This document shows positions 30,534 through 39,693 of a DNA stretch of 64,000 nt, one piece after another. Each line of letters starts with the position of its first letter. Within the stretch, counting starts at the first letter, position 1. Below the pieces are notes generated by a model. The model was not told where the DNA came from. It searched no databases and was given only the letters and a program-made list of their open reading frames with translations. The DNA comes from Planctomycetota bacterium. GTDB taxonomy: Bacteria > Planctomycetota > GCA-002687715 > CAIWVZ01. The stretch lies in the NCBI GenBank assembly GCA_044222185.1, contig JBGANV010000006.1, forward strand, positions 256,001-320,000. Reading direction: 5' to 3'. The translations under genes were made by a program, and so were the position numbers.

Positions 30534-31654
30534 TCGGTATCGCCCTGAAGATGCTCGCGCGCGATCGGACGAAGTTCTTCTCGATCGTGATCGGTCTGTC
30601 CTTCTCCGTCATGCTGATCGTCGAGCAGGGCTCGATCTTCACGGGCATCCTCCGTCGGACGGGTGCCGTGATGATCGACACCTCGGGTATCGACCTGTGG
30701 GTCTACGATCGCCGCGTGCGGAACCACGACGACCTGCGGGCTCTGAAGGACACCGAGCTCTACCGCGTCCGATCGGTGCCCGGCGTCGAGTGGGCCGTGC
30801 GCTACTTCAAGGGCCAGGCCCGCGCCAAGCGATTGAACGGTGATTACGAGAACGTCATGGTCCTCGGGCTGGACGACGCCACGCTCGTCGGCGCGCCGGT
30901 GACGATGATCGAGGGACGGATCTCGGACCTCTCACGGCGCGACTCGGTGATCCTGGACGTTGCCGGCGCGAAGAAGATGGGTGGCGTCACCGTCGGCGAG
31001 GAACTCCAGTTCAACGATCACCGCGCGGTCGTCGTGGGACTGTGCGAGGTCACGCGGAACTTCCAGTCGCTTCCCGTCGTCTACACGCGCTACACGCAGG
31101 CGGTCGGTTTCGTGCCGTCCGAGCGGAGCACCCTGTCTGCGATCCTCGCGAAGGTGACGGCCGGGTCGGATCTTCCCACGATCCAACGGGCCATCACGCA
31201 GGAGACGGATCTCGCCGCCGACACGCCCAAGGAGTTCCGCTGGAAGACCGTGCTGTACGTCCTGAAGAACACGGGAATCGCCATCAACTTCGGGGTGACC
31301 GTGCTGCTCGGCCTGGTGGTCGGCGCGGCGATTTCGGGGCAGACCTTCTACACGTTCGCCGTCGACAACCTGAAGCAGTTCGGTGCGCTGAAAGCCATGG
31401 GTGCCTCCGACATCACCCTCGCCGGAATGATCTTCGTCCAGGCGTTCACCGTCGCCGGGCTCGGATACGGGATCGGGGTAGGCATCGCGTCGTTCTTCAC
31501 CCGCCTGGCTGGTCCGAACGGTCAACTGCCGAGCTTCATGACGCCGCACCTGCTGGGGATCGCCGCCGTGGCGGTCTTCGTCCTCTGCCTGGTCGCCGGC
31601 CTCATCGCGTTGCGCAAGGTGAGACAGGTCGAACCGGCGATCGTCTTCCGGTGA
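30530..31654 (+). CDS. ABC exporter permease (DevC/FtsX-like)
   Basis: IALKML.RDR.KF, V.SVPGV.WA, QTFY, NLKQFGALKAMGAS, VEPAIVFR. GTGA overlap with tetR. Confidence 0.92.
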   Translation: MIGIALKMLARDRTKFFSIVIGLSFSVMLIVEQGSIFTGILRRTGAVMIDTSGIDLWVYDRRVRNHDDLRALKDTELYRVRSVPGVEWAVRYFKGQARAKRLNGDYENVMVLGLDDATLVGAPVTMIEGRISDLSRRDSVILDVAGAKKMGGVTVGEELQFNDHRAVVVGLCEVTRNFQSLPVVYTRYTQAVGFVPSERSTLSAILAKVTAGSDLPTIQRAITQETDLAADTPKEFRWKTVLYVLKNTGIAINFGVTVLLGLVVGAAISGQTFYTFAVDNLKQFGALKAMGASDITLAGMIFVQAFTVAGLGYGIGVGIASFFTRLAGPNGQLPSFMTPHLLGIAAVAVFVLCLVAGLIALRKVRQVEPAIVFR

Positions 31655-31659
31655 TCCCC

Positions 31660-32382
31660 ATGGCTTCCTCGGACGTGATGACCTCGGTCGTTCGACTGCG
31701 CGGCGTCTCGAAGACGTTCGGCGAGGGCGGAGCGTCCGTGCGGGCACTCCGCGGCGTCGACCTGGAGATCCCGGGAGGCAACCTCTTCATGGTCGTCGGG
31801 CCGTCCGGCTGCGGGAAGACGACTCTCGTTTCGGTGATCGCTGGCACTCTGGATGCGGACGAAGGCGAGGTCGAGGTCCTGGGCGAGCGCCTGGATGGCA
31901 TGTCGCGCGGGGAGAAGACGCGGTTTCGGCGGAGGAACGTGGGGTTCATCTTCCAGCAGTACAACCTCCTGCCGGGGCTGACGGCCGCGGAAAATGCAGC
32001 GGTGCCGTTGATGCTCAACGGAGTCGGCAAGGCGGCCGCGTTGAAGGGCGCCCGAGCCATGCTCGACCGCATGGGAATCGGCGACAAGGCCGACGTGTTG
32101 CCGAGGTTCCTCTCTGGCGGCCAGCAACAGCGCATCGCGATCGCGCGCTCGCTCGTTCACGAGCCGAGGCTTCTCGTCTGCGACGAGCCCACGGCGGCGT
32201 TGGACGGGGAGACGGGCCGCACGGTGATGGAGATCGTTCGCGACCAGGCCGTGAAGCCGGGGCGCGCCGTCATCATGGTGACGCACGACAGCCGGATGTT
32301 CGGATACGGGGACCGCTTCGCCATGATGCTCGACGGGACCGTGAGTCGCGTCGTGACCGACGTTCGGGAGGTGCACGCATGA
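31660..32382 (+). CDS. ABC exporter ATP-binding subunit (DevA/MacB-like)
   Basis: GPSGCGKTT, GFIFQQYNLL, LSGGQQQR, CDEPT, VTHD. Confidence 0.95.
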   Translation: MASSDVMTSVVRLRGVSKTFGEGGASVRALRGVDLEIPGGNLFMVVGPSGCGKTTLVSVIAGTLDADEGEVEVLGERLDGMSRGEKTRFRRRNVGFIFQQYNLLPGLTAAENAAVPLMLNGVGKAAALKGARAMLDRMGIGDKADVLPRFLSGGQQQRIAIARSLVHEPRLLVCDEPTAALDGETGRTVMEIVRDQAVKPGRAVIMVTHDSRMFGYGDRFAMMLDGTVSRVVTDVREVHA

Positions 32383-33446
32383 AGATCCGCAACTTCCTCC
32401 TGCCCGTGCTTTCCCTGGGCGGAATGGTGTTCGCGTCGTTCACCGTCGCCGGCCTGATGCGCGACAAACCGGATACCCCGCCGCCCGTGAAGCCTGCGGC
32501 TGCGCCGTTCTCCCGGACCCTGGCGGGTGCCGGGATCATCGAGCCGGCATCCGAGTTGATCGCCGTGGCACCGAGCGTCGCCGGCGTCGCCGTCGAGGTG
32601 CTCGTCGCGCCGGGCCAGCGCGTGAAGAAGGGCGACGCGCTCCTTCGCCAGGACGCGCGCGTGCCGCAGGCGCAGCGCGCGATCCACCAGGCTGAGATCG
32701 AGGCTGCAAAGACGAAGTTGGCGCGGCTGCGCGCCATGCCGCGGACGGAGGAGGTGGCGCCGCTCGAGCAGGCCGTGCGCGAGCTCGAGGAGTGGCGGAA
32801 GGACGACAAGGACAAGCTCGATCGCCTCCAGTCGCTCCTCGACCGCGGCGCCATGCAGGAGCGCGACGTCGTCGCGGCGCGGAACGCGCTCGACGCCCGC
32901 ACCGCGCAACTCGCCAAGGCGAACGCGCAACTCGCGCTGATCCGCGCCGGCGCCTGGAAGCCGGACGTGGTCGTCGCGGAGGCGGAGGTCGCGGCCGCCG
33001 AGGCCGAGCTCGCGGGCGTGGCGACCGAGCTGGCGCGGCTGACCGTGACGGCCCCGACGGACGGTGTGATCCTCCAGGTGAACGTACGCGCTGGGGAGTT
33101 TCTTCCAGTCGGGGCGGCCGTCGCCCCGATCGTCATGGGGGAGATCGAACCCCTTCACGTCCGCGTGGATCTCGACGAGGTCGACGCATCGCGGTTCGTT
33201 CCCGGGTCGACCGCCGAGGCGTTCTTGCGGGGCCACCAGGACGCGGGGCACGCGGTCGCGATCGAGTTCGTGCGCACGGAACCGCTCGTGATTCCCAAGC
33301 GCGCGCTCACGGGCGTGGCGATCGAACGGATCGACACCCGCGTCCTCCAGGTGATCTATCGGGTCGCGAAGGTGCCCGCAGACGTGCGGCTCTACTGCGG
33401 CCAGCAGGTCGAAGTGTTCATCGACGCGGCTGAGTCGCGCCGCTGA
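32379..33446 (+). CDS. HlyD/DevB family periplasmic adaptor (membrane fusion protein)
   Basis: N-terminal anchor, GAGIIEP, V..GQRVKKGD.L, coiled-coil hairpin, TAPTDGVILQVN, ER.DTRVLQVIY. Confidence 0.9.
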   Translation: MKIRNFLLPVLSLGGMVFASFTVAGLMRDKPDTPPPVKPAAAPFSRTLAGAGIIEPASELIAVAPSVAGVAVEVLVAPGQRVKKGDALLRQDARVPQAQRAIHQAEIEAAKTKLARLRAMPRTEEVAPLEQAVRELEEWRKDDKDKLDRLQSLLDRGAMQERDVVAARNALDARTAQLAKANAQLALIRAGAWKPDVVVAEAEVAAAEAELAGVATELARLTVTAPTDGVILQVNVRAGEFLPVGAAVAPIVMGEIEPLHVRVDLDEVDASRFVPGSTAEAFLRGHQDAGHAVAIEFVRTEPLVIPKRALTGVAIERIDTRVLQVIYRVAKVPADVRLYCGQQVEVFIDAAESRR

Positions 33447-34719
33447 CGGCGGCCGGCGCGTCGGCGCGGAGCCCGTCGATCTCGTCCGGCGTGAGCGGGC
33501 GGCTCTCACCGGGCGCGAGATCAGCGAGGGTGATCGGCCCGAAGTCGGTCCTGATCAAGACCTCGACGTCGTGTCCGACGGCCGCGAATTGGCGGCGGAT
33601 CTGCCGATTCTTGCCTTCGCGCAACGTGACCTGGAGCCACGTCGAGCGCGGATTGCTCGAGTCGGAGACGACGATCTCGATCGGGGCGAAGCTCATGCCG
33701 TCGACATTCATGGGTTGAGTGCGCAGCCGAGTGAGCGTCTCGTCGCTCGGATGTCCGCGCACCTTGACCCGGTATCCCTTGCGAACGTGCGACGCAGGCG
33801 ACAGGAGGCGATCGGCAAGGTCGTGGTCGTTGGTGAGGATGAGAAGTCCCGCGCTGTCCTGATCGAGGCGCCCGACCGGCGCGAGTCCCGCGGGGACGGG
33901 CTTGGCGACGAGTTCCATCACGGTCGCGCGGCCTTCCGGATCATGAGTCGTCGTGACCATGCCGCGCGGCTTGTTCGCGGCCACGTAGACGAACGCGGAC
34001 GCGGGATCGGGCGCGCCCACGGCAGTGCCATCGACCGCGATCTTGTCCGTGGCAGGCTTCACCTTGAAAAGGATGTCCGTGCGGACGAGTCCGTTCACGC
34101 TCACGCGTCCGGCGCGCACCATCGCCTCGGCCTGTTTGCGTGAGGCCACGTGCCACTTCGAGAGGATGCGCGGCAGGAAGATCGGCGTGGTTTCCGGCTT
34201 GGAGCGCCGCGGGGCTTCGGCCGGCGCCGTCTTCGGCACGCGGGGAATCCGCTCCTGAAGCGCGGCAAGCACGGCGACGGGGATCGGCACGCGCCGGTCC
34301 GGCCAGCCTTCGGCGGCGTTCGCGCGCTCCGCCGAACGGTGCGCCGAGGCGAACCACTTGTTCTCCATGGAGCAGTCGTCGGGTGTTCGCGGATTGAAGG
34401 CGAGACATGCAACCGGCTTCACGTCGAAGGGAAGCGCGCAGGACATGTCGGCTTCGAGGAACGGGCACGTGTACCGCGTCGCCTTTCCCGTGAGCCGCAG
34501 CTCGTACTTCTCGACCGCAGCCCGCAAGCGAGCCGCCAGGGCGTCACGGCGCGAATCGCTGAGCGTTCGGAGGTGACGCGCGACGCGGTCTCCCTCCACG
34601 GGAAGGATGCGCACGGAGTTGTGGGCGTCCGTGCAGCAGAGACCGCAGCCTTCGCAGGTGCGGATCGTGCGTTGCACGTCGCTGACGTGCTCGACGAGGC
34701 GTGAGCGTTCCGGATCCAT
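33418..34719 (-). CDS. Fusion: YkgJ-like CxxCxxCC cysteine-cluster domain, S4 domain and RsuA/RluB-family pseudouridine synthase
   Basis: N-terminal CEGCGLCC...CPFLE...C.L..DVKPVAC; then ASRKQAE.MV.AGRV.VNG, NKPRG, PVGRLDQDSAGLLILTND, EGKNRQIRR. Confidence 0.88.
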   Translation of the reverse strand: MDPERSRLVEHVSDVQRTIRTCEGCGLCCTDAHNSVRILPVEGDRVARHLRTLSDSRRDALAARLRAAVEKYELRLTGKATRYTCPFLEADMSCALPFDVKPVACLAFNPRTPDDCSMENKWFASAHRSAERANAAEGWPDRRVPIPVAVLAALQERIPRVPKTAPAEAPRRSKPETTPIFLPRILSKWHVASRKQAEAMVRAGRVSVNGLVRTDILFKVKPATDKIAVDGTAVGAPDPASAFVYVAANKPRGMVTTTHDPEGRATVMELVAKPVPAGLAPVGRLDQDSAGLLILTNDHDLADRLLSPASHVRKGYRVKVRGHPSDETLTRLRTQPMNVDGMSFAPIEIVVSDSSNPRSTWLQVTLREGKNRQIRRQFAAVGHDVEVLIRTDFGPITLADLAPGESRPLTPDEIDGLRADAPAAVSGATQPRR

Positions 34720-34737
34720 GGTGCGTGCGGGTGGGCC

Positions 34738-36297
34738 TCAGAATTCGACCATCGCGAACACGAGATGGACGCAGAGGACGAAGATGGTGGTCCGGATGAT
34801 CGTTGCCGTGACCCCGCGTGCCAAGTCGTCACCGGAAAGTTTCGGCTTGTTTCCCATGCCCCAGGCGATGGCGACGGTGCCGACGAAGCAGAGGAGCGTC
34901 TTCCCGAACGCCCAGGCGAGGTGCTTGGACAGGATGGTCTCGCCGAGAAGGCGAGGGAAGTTCTCGCTGAACGTGAACGCAGTCTGCCCGGGGTGCGTCC
35001 CCAGGAACACGACCGCGGCGGCGAAGGACGCGCACTTCCAGGCGATCAGCCAGATGAGCGGGGCTCCGAAAACGGCGGCGAGCGTGATCGCGGACAAGAG
35101 GTAGCGAGCTGGTGGCGTTCGCTGCACGCTCAACGCGTCCATTTGGCGGGTGTAGACCCGATGACCGATGTCCGCTGCGATGGCGGCGCCGCCTCGCGCC
35201 GCAAACAGGAGCGTGATCGTTCCCGGGACGACGACCCGATGGAGCGCGAATCCGAGAGAGCCGAGGATCTCCTCGAGGATCACCGGCTCGGTGAACCCCG
35301 AGTACGGAATCAGGTGGAAGAGGAAGAACGAGACGACGAAGCCGGCGATGAGGCCCGCGAGCGCCATGAATGGCAACGCCGAGCCCAGAACGAGGAGGAG
35401 GACGTAGCCCCAGGTGAAGCGCGCACCCCAGCGTGGCTTTCTGAACCGCGGCGCGAGTGAGGCGAGCGTGCAGGCGAGATCCCCGACGAAGGCGCCCGTG
35501 GCGTCGACGGTGGCGATGAGCGCCCGGCCGACGGCCGTCGCCCAGCCGGGACGCGTCGCGGGCGCGGGTGGCGAGTCATCCGCGGGCGACGCCGAGCGGA
35601 GCTCCGCCAGCGCGCGGTTGACGTCGTCCTTCGGAACGTCGACGAACCGGCGCGTTCGCGGATCCAGGAGGACGATCCGATCGGCGATCGGTAGCAGCGC
35701 GACGAGGTCGTGCGTCACGACGACGGAGGTCATGCGATGGGTGTCGTGAACGCGGCGGATCCGACCGGCTACGGCCTCGGACATCGCCGGGTCGAGCCCC
35801 GAGGTCGGTTCGTCATAGAGCATGAGGCGCGGCCGCTGGGCGAGCGCGCGCGCGATCGCGAGTCGTTGCTTCTCGCCCCCGGACATCCGCGCGGGCCTCT
35901 GGTCTCCGCGGAGCCCGAACTCCGAGAGGAGGTCCTCGACGGCATGCGCGCGTTCGGTCTCGGGGATTGCCCCGTGATCCAGGGCGAAGGCGACGTTTCG
36001 GCGCGCGTCCCAGTCGTCGAACAGGGCGAAGTCCTGGAAGACTACGCCCGTTCCAGGCGCCGGCCCGTCCTTCGCGACGTCGTGTCCGAGGACTCGGGCC
36101 GACCCGCGCAGGTCGAGTCCCCGGCGGCCGGCGATGCCGGCCATCAACGAGAGCGTGATCGACTTGCCGCTGCCGCTCTTGCCGACCAGGAGACAGAGCT
36201 CGCCTTCACCGATCGACAGGCGGGCGTCTTCCAGGATCACGCGGCGTCCGGCGCGGATCGTGAGGTCGCCAATCTCGATGACTGGAGGTTGAGGCAT
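34738..36297 (-). CDS. Fusion: MlaF-like ABC ATPase and MlaE-like permease
   Basis: GKSGSGKS, FQDFALFD, MSGGEKQR, YDEPTSGLDP, VTHD; C-terminal TM region with AARGGAAIAADIG....TRQMDAL.V...P.RYL and GVT.TI. Confidence 0.85.
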   Translation of the reverse strand: MPQPPVIEIGDLTIRAGRRVILEDARLSIGEGELCLLVGKSGSGKSITLSLMAGIAGRRGLDLRGSARVLGHDVAKDGPAPGTGVVFQDFALFDDWDARRNVAFALDHGAIPETERAHAVEDLLSEFGLRGDQRPARMSGGEKQRLAIARALAQRPRLMLYDEPTSGLDPAMSEAVAGRIRRVHDTHRMTSVVVTHDLVALLPIADRIVLLDPRTRRFVDVPKDDVNRALAELRSASPADDSPPAPATRPGWATAVGRALIATVDATGAFVGDLACTLASLAPRFRKPRWGARFTWGYVLLLVLGSALPFMALAGLIAGFVVSFFLFHLIPYSGFTEPVILEEILGSLGFALHRVVVPGTITLLFAARGGAAIAADIGHRVYTRQMDALSVQRTPPARYLLSAITLAAVFGAPLIWLIAWKCASFAAAVVFLGTHPGQTAFTFSENFPRLLGETILSKHLAWAFGKTLLCFVGTVAIAWGMGNKPKLSGDDLARGVTATIIRTTIFVLCVHLVFAMVEF

Positions 36298-36336
36298 GTG
36301 CGAAGGGGAGGCATTCTACGCGCCTGGAGGAATCGC

Positions 36337-37344
36337 ATGCGCCCGCGGGGCGTCGTCGCAGTCGTGTTGGTCGTCGTCGCGGTCGCCGCGGGTTGGGCTG
36401 GGCTGGCGATCGGCGCGGGTCCTGCGGGCTGGCGCCGTTGGATCGACCGATCGGGCACGGGTGCGGCTGGTGGCGCGACGCTCTCGATGAACGTCGACCC
36501 CGTCGATGCGCGCGCGTTTCGCGTCACGGTCACGGGACCCCCGGGCCGGAGAGGGCGCTTCCAGGCTTCCGCGGACCTCGGTCCGACCGTGGTCGACCTG
36601 CGGGCGAGCGACCTCACCGTGATGACGCCGGGGGCGGGGGGCTTCGCGACCGACTTCTCGTTTCCCGCCGACGGGCAACTGGCGACGGACGTGCCGATGG
36701 ATGTGGTTCCCGCCGCGGGTCTCTTCGTTCAGGCCTTCGCGGAATCGCCCGCTGGGACGGGCGAGCGGCGGTGGACGACGGATGCGCTCGGCGTCTGGGT
36801 GGACGCGGGAACTCTCGTCGTGCGTCCCGCGGCGGCGCTCGTCCTGCGGCGGCACGGCCGGTCGCTCATCGCCGGATGCCTCGTCGTCGCTGGGGTCGTC
36901 GCACTTCTGCTCAGGCGATGGTGGGCGCCGTCGCGGGGAGCCGTCGCCGGCGCTCGTCTCGCCGCGACGGGGTTCGTCGTGCTCGCGGCGTGGAATGCGG
37001 CCGCCGTGTTTCGTGGACGCGAACTCCGACCGGGCGACGTGTTCCGTTCGCGAGAGGAACAGCTGGCGGCGGCGTTCGAGCCCGGGTTCCCCGAACTCGT
37101 TTCCAGATGCCGAACCCTCCGCGACGCGGGCGCTCGAATCCGGGTCGTCGCGATGGATCCTCCCGGATTGAAGGTCGGTGCCGCGCTTCGGTTGCTCGTT
37201 CCCGGGATCGATCTCCTGGTCGACGGGAACGCCGAGTCGCGGGCCGGGTTCGGGGCGACGCTCTATCTGGGCGCCGCGGCTCGAGCCTTCTCCGGGCCGG
37301 CGGGGCTGCGTGGTGGAGCATTCGCGCTCGTGGAGGCGCGCTGA
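36337..37344 (+). CDS. Membrane protein with an extracytoplasmic beta domain and further TM helices
   Basis: N-terminal hydrophobic segment, beta domain (VTGPPG...GLFVQAFAE...TTDALGV), two TM helices; GGAGG RBS. Confidence 0.7.
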   Translation: MRPRGVVAVVLVVVAVAAGWAGLAIGAGPAGWRRWIDRSGTGAAGGATLSMNVDPVDARAFRVTVTGPPGRRGRFQASADLGPTVVDLRASDLTVMTPGAGGFATDFSFPADGQLATDVPMDVVPAAGLFVQAFAESPAGTGERRWTTDALGVWVDAGTLVVRPAAALVLRRHGRSLIAGCLVVAGVVALLLRRWWAPSRGAVAGARLAATGFVVLAAWNAAAVFRGRELRPGDVFRSREEQLAAAFEPGFPELVSRCRTLRDAGARIRVVAMDPPGLKVGAALRLLVPGIDLLVDGNAESRAGFGATLYLGAAARAFSGPAGLRGGAFALVEAR

Positions 37345-37345
37345 C

Positions 37346-38692
37346 GTGGGCACTGCGACCCTCGCGGCTCTCGCCGTCGTTGCGGCGATCTGGTGCGTCG
37401 GCGCCGGCGTCGTCACCCTGGCTCGGGTTTCGTGCCGGACTCGATCCGGTCTTGCGTCGACGGCGTTCTGGATGGGCTGCGTCGTCGTCGGCGCGGTGCT
37501 GCTCGGCCTCCGCGCGCTCGACTGCGGTTGGGATCTGGGGGCGTTGTGGACGATGGGCGGCGCGTCGGCCTTGATGCTCGTCGCGCGTCGCCGCTGGGCG
37601 TCACGAACCGTGGAGCCTGAACCCGGCTCCCGCGTGTCCGCGATCCTTGCCGGCATCGCGGTGGCCGTGGCGGGCGCGGTCATCGCGGCTGCATGGTCCA
37701 TGCCCGAGAACGCGCATGACGCCCACGCCATGTGGCTCTATCGGGCGCGGCTGTTTTCCGAAAGCGCCGGGTTCGTCGACCCTCCGGAGCACCGCCTCGA
37801 TTATCCACACCCCGAGTATCCGCCGCTGTTCCCACTCCTCGTCCAACTCGTCTTCCGCGCCGGAGGGCTGGATCTGTGGTCGCCACACGTGCTCACGGTC
37901 GCGGCGTGGCTTTCGCTCATTGGTCTCCTGGTGGAGTCGGGCGAGGGGCGTCCACGCGCGTGGATCGTTGCGCTCGCGGTCGGGTGCGCCGGGCCCGTAT
38001 TGGCGCCGGCCGCCCGCGCCGTGGCCGACGTCTCTCTCGCGGCCCTCGTGTGCGGGGCCGTCTTGTGGATGGGGAGGGGGATCCAAAGCCGGCGTTCGTT
38101 CGATCCCGCGTTCGTCATCGGTGCTGCATTCGTCTGTGGCGCGACGTCGTTGAAGAACGAGGCGTCGGTACTCGCGATCGTCCTTTGTGTCGTGGCTGCC
38201 ATATCGGCCCGGCGGATCGAACCGGGGATCTGGGTTGCGGCCGGTGCCTTGCTCGGTCGTATGCCGTGGCAATGGATCACATCGAATCACGGGTGGACGA
38301 ACGTGGATTTTCGGCTGGGTGCCCGGGTGTTCCTCCAGCCAGCAATACTCCTCGACCGCCTGTATGAGATTCCCGCGCTGGCGTGGGCGATCCTCATGAA
38401 CGACCTATCCGGATTGCCGCTCGTGATCGGCTGGATATGGGTGCTCGTCTATCGCCCGTCGCCACGCCGGCTATCCGGATTGGCGGCATGGGTGTCTCTG
38501 GGTGGCGGCTCGAGCGTATTGTGCGCCTACCTGGCATCGATCCACGACATGGAGTACCACGTCGGCACCTCGTACGGGCGGGCGATCGCCACACCTCTGG
38601 CGCTCGCGGGCCTGGCGTTGGCGGCCTTCGGCGTCGGCGATGGGGGCTCGGACGCGAAACCCCGGCCGTCCTCCGAATCCGGCGATCAGTAG
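37346..38692 (+). CDS. Polytopic membrane protein, GT-C-fold glycosyltransferase-like (GT39/ArnT-like)
   Basis: Many TM helices; DAHAMWLYRAR, HPEYPPLFP, ADVSLA and LKNEA motifs. Confidence 0.65.
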   Translation: MGTATLAALAVVAAIWCVGAGVVTLARVSCRTRSGLASTAFWMGCVVVGAVLLGLRALDCGWDLGALWTMGGASALMLVARRRWASRTVEPEPGSRVSAILAGIAVAVAGAVIAAAWSMPENAHDAHAMWLYRARLFSESAGFVDPPEHRLDYPHPEYPPLFPLLVQLVFRAGGLDLWSPHVLTVAAWLSLIGLLVESGEGRPRAWIVALAVGCAGPVLAPAARAVADVSLAALVCGAVLWMGRGIQSRRSFDPAFVIGAAFVCGATSLKNEASVLAIVLCVVAAISARRIEPGIWVAAGALLGRMPWQWITSNHGWTNVDFRLGARVFLQPAILLDRLYEIPALAWAILMNDLSGLPLVIGWIWVLVYRPSPRRLSGLAAWVSLGGGSSVLCAYLASIHDMEYHVGTSYGRAIATPLALAGLALAAFGVGDGGSDAKPRPSSESGDQ

Positions 38693-39054
38693 CCGGCGGC
38701 GATTTCGGCGATCTGCTGAAGGGCTGCGCGCATGGAGGTGAGCTGCTCTTGGATCGCCTGCAGCGTCGCGACGAGATCGCCGCTTGCTGCCGAGCGGGGC
38801 GGACGCCCGGGCCCGCGCCGCGCGGATTTCGAGCCCGACTCAGCGATCGGAGCGCCTGGCGCCCGGGCCGCTGCCGGCTTCTTGCGACCCATTCCGAGCT
38901 TCTTCTTCGCCAGCCCCATGATCAGCGGATAGACGTGATATCCCTGCTTCTTGGCCGTCGACACGATGGCGGAATAGGGCATCTGCGCATCGCTCCGGAT
39001 GAGCTTTGCGACGAATTCGACGACGACCGAGCGCGGAATCTCTGTCTTGACCAT
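38686..39054 (-). CDS. Small basic protein: helical domain, AT-hook-like RRGPGRPPR, C-terminal coiled coil (candidate nucleoid-associated protein)
   Basis: Clear composition; paralogous to the upstream gene. Confidence 0.8.
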   Translation of the reverse strand: MVKTEIPRSVVVEFVAKLIRSDAQMPYSAIVSTAKKQGYHVYPLIMGLAKKKLGMGRKKPAAARAPGAPIAESGSKSARRGPGRPPRSAASGDLVATLQAIQEQLTSMRAALQQIAEIAAGY

Positions 39055-39072
39055 GTTGTTGCCCCGGATTCG

Positions 39073-39693
39073 TCAGAGGACGTTCTTGAGGATGCCGGCG
39101 ATCTGATCGAGGGCCTGCATGTAGCGGTCACGTTCGGCGAGCACGTCTTGCAACTCCGCAACCATCGACGACAGGTTGGAGAGGTCCAGACCCTTCCGCC
39201 GTCCCCTGCGGGCGACGGGCGGCGCAGGCTGTGACGGCGCGGGTTCCGCCGCGGGCTGCGGCCTTCGCGGACGGGCGGTCGTGCGCGGCTTCGCGTTCAT
39301 GCCGAGCGCGCGGCGGGCGTTCCCGAAATTGATCGGCGCGATGGAGAAGCCCGCGGCGTCCGCCGCCGTCTTGACGTCGCCATAGCTTGCATCGGGCCTC
39401 TGACGCAGAAACTCGATGACGAACGTCATCAGGGGTGTTCGTTCGCTCACGGTGTCGCTCCTTTGCATGGAACCCGCACTGGCCTTGCCGGACGGGCGAG
39501 CCGCGGACCTCGGCGGGGCCGCGGTGACGCCGACGCGGCGTCTCGCTTCCGCGAACTGACGCGCGGTGACTGTGATGTTCAGCTTGCGCGCATCGATACG
39601 AACGTCGCGGAATTGCAGGTCGGGAGTGGCGCGTAGCCAGCTCTCGAGGAGCTGCACCACTTCCTCCGGTGACAATCCCGGTTGCGAGCTCAT
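39073..39693 (-). CDS. Basic protein with two copies of the same helical domain, RRGRRK and a C-terminal coiled coil
   Basis: Repeats LLESWLRATPDLQFRDVR...FAEARRRVGV and FVIEFLRQRPDASYGDVK...FGNARRALGM; start chosen at ATG 39693. Confidence 0.8.
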   Translation of the reverse strand: MSSQPGLSPEEVVQLLESWLRATPDLQFRDVRIDARKLNITVTARQFAEARRRVGVTAAPPRSAARPSGKASAGSMQRSDTVSERTPLMTFVIEFLRQRPDASYGDVKTAADAAGFSIAPINFGNARRALGMNAKPRTTARPRRPQPAAEPAPSQPAPPVARRGRRKGLDLSNLSSMVAELQDVLAERDRYMQALDQIAGILKNVL

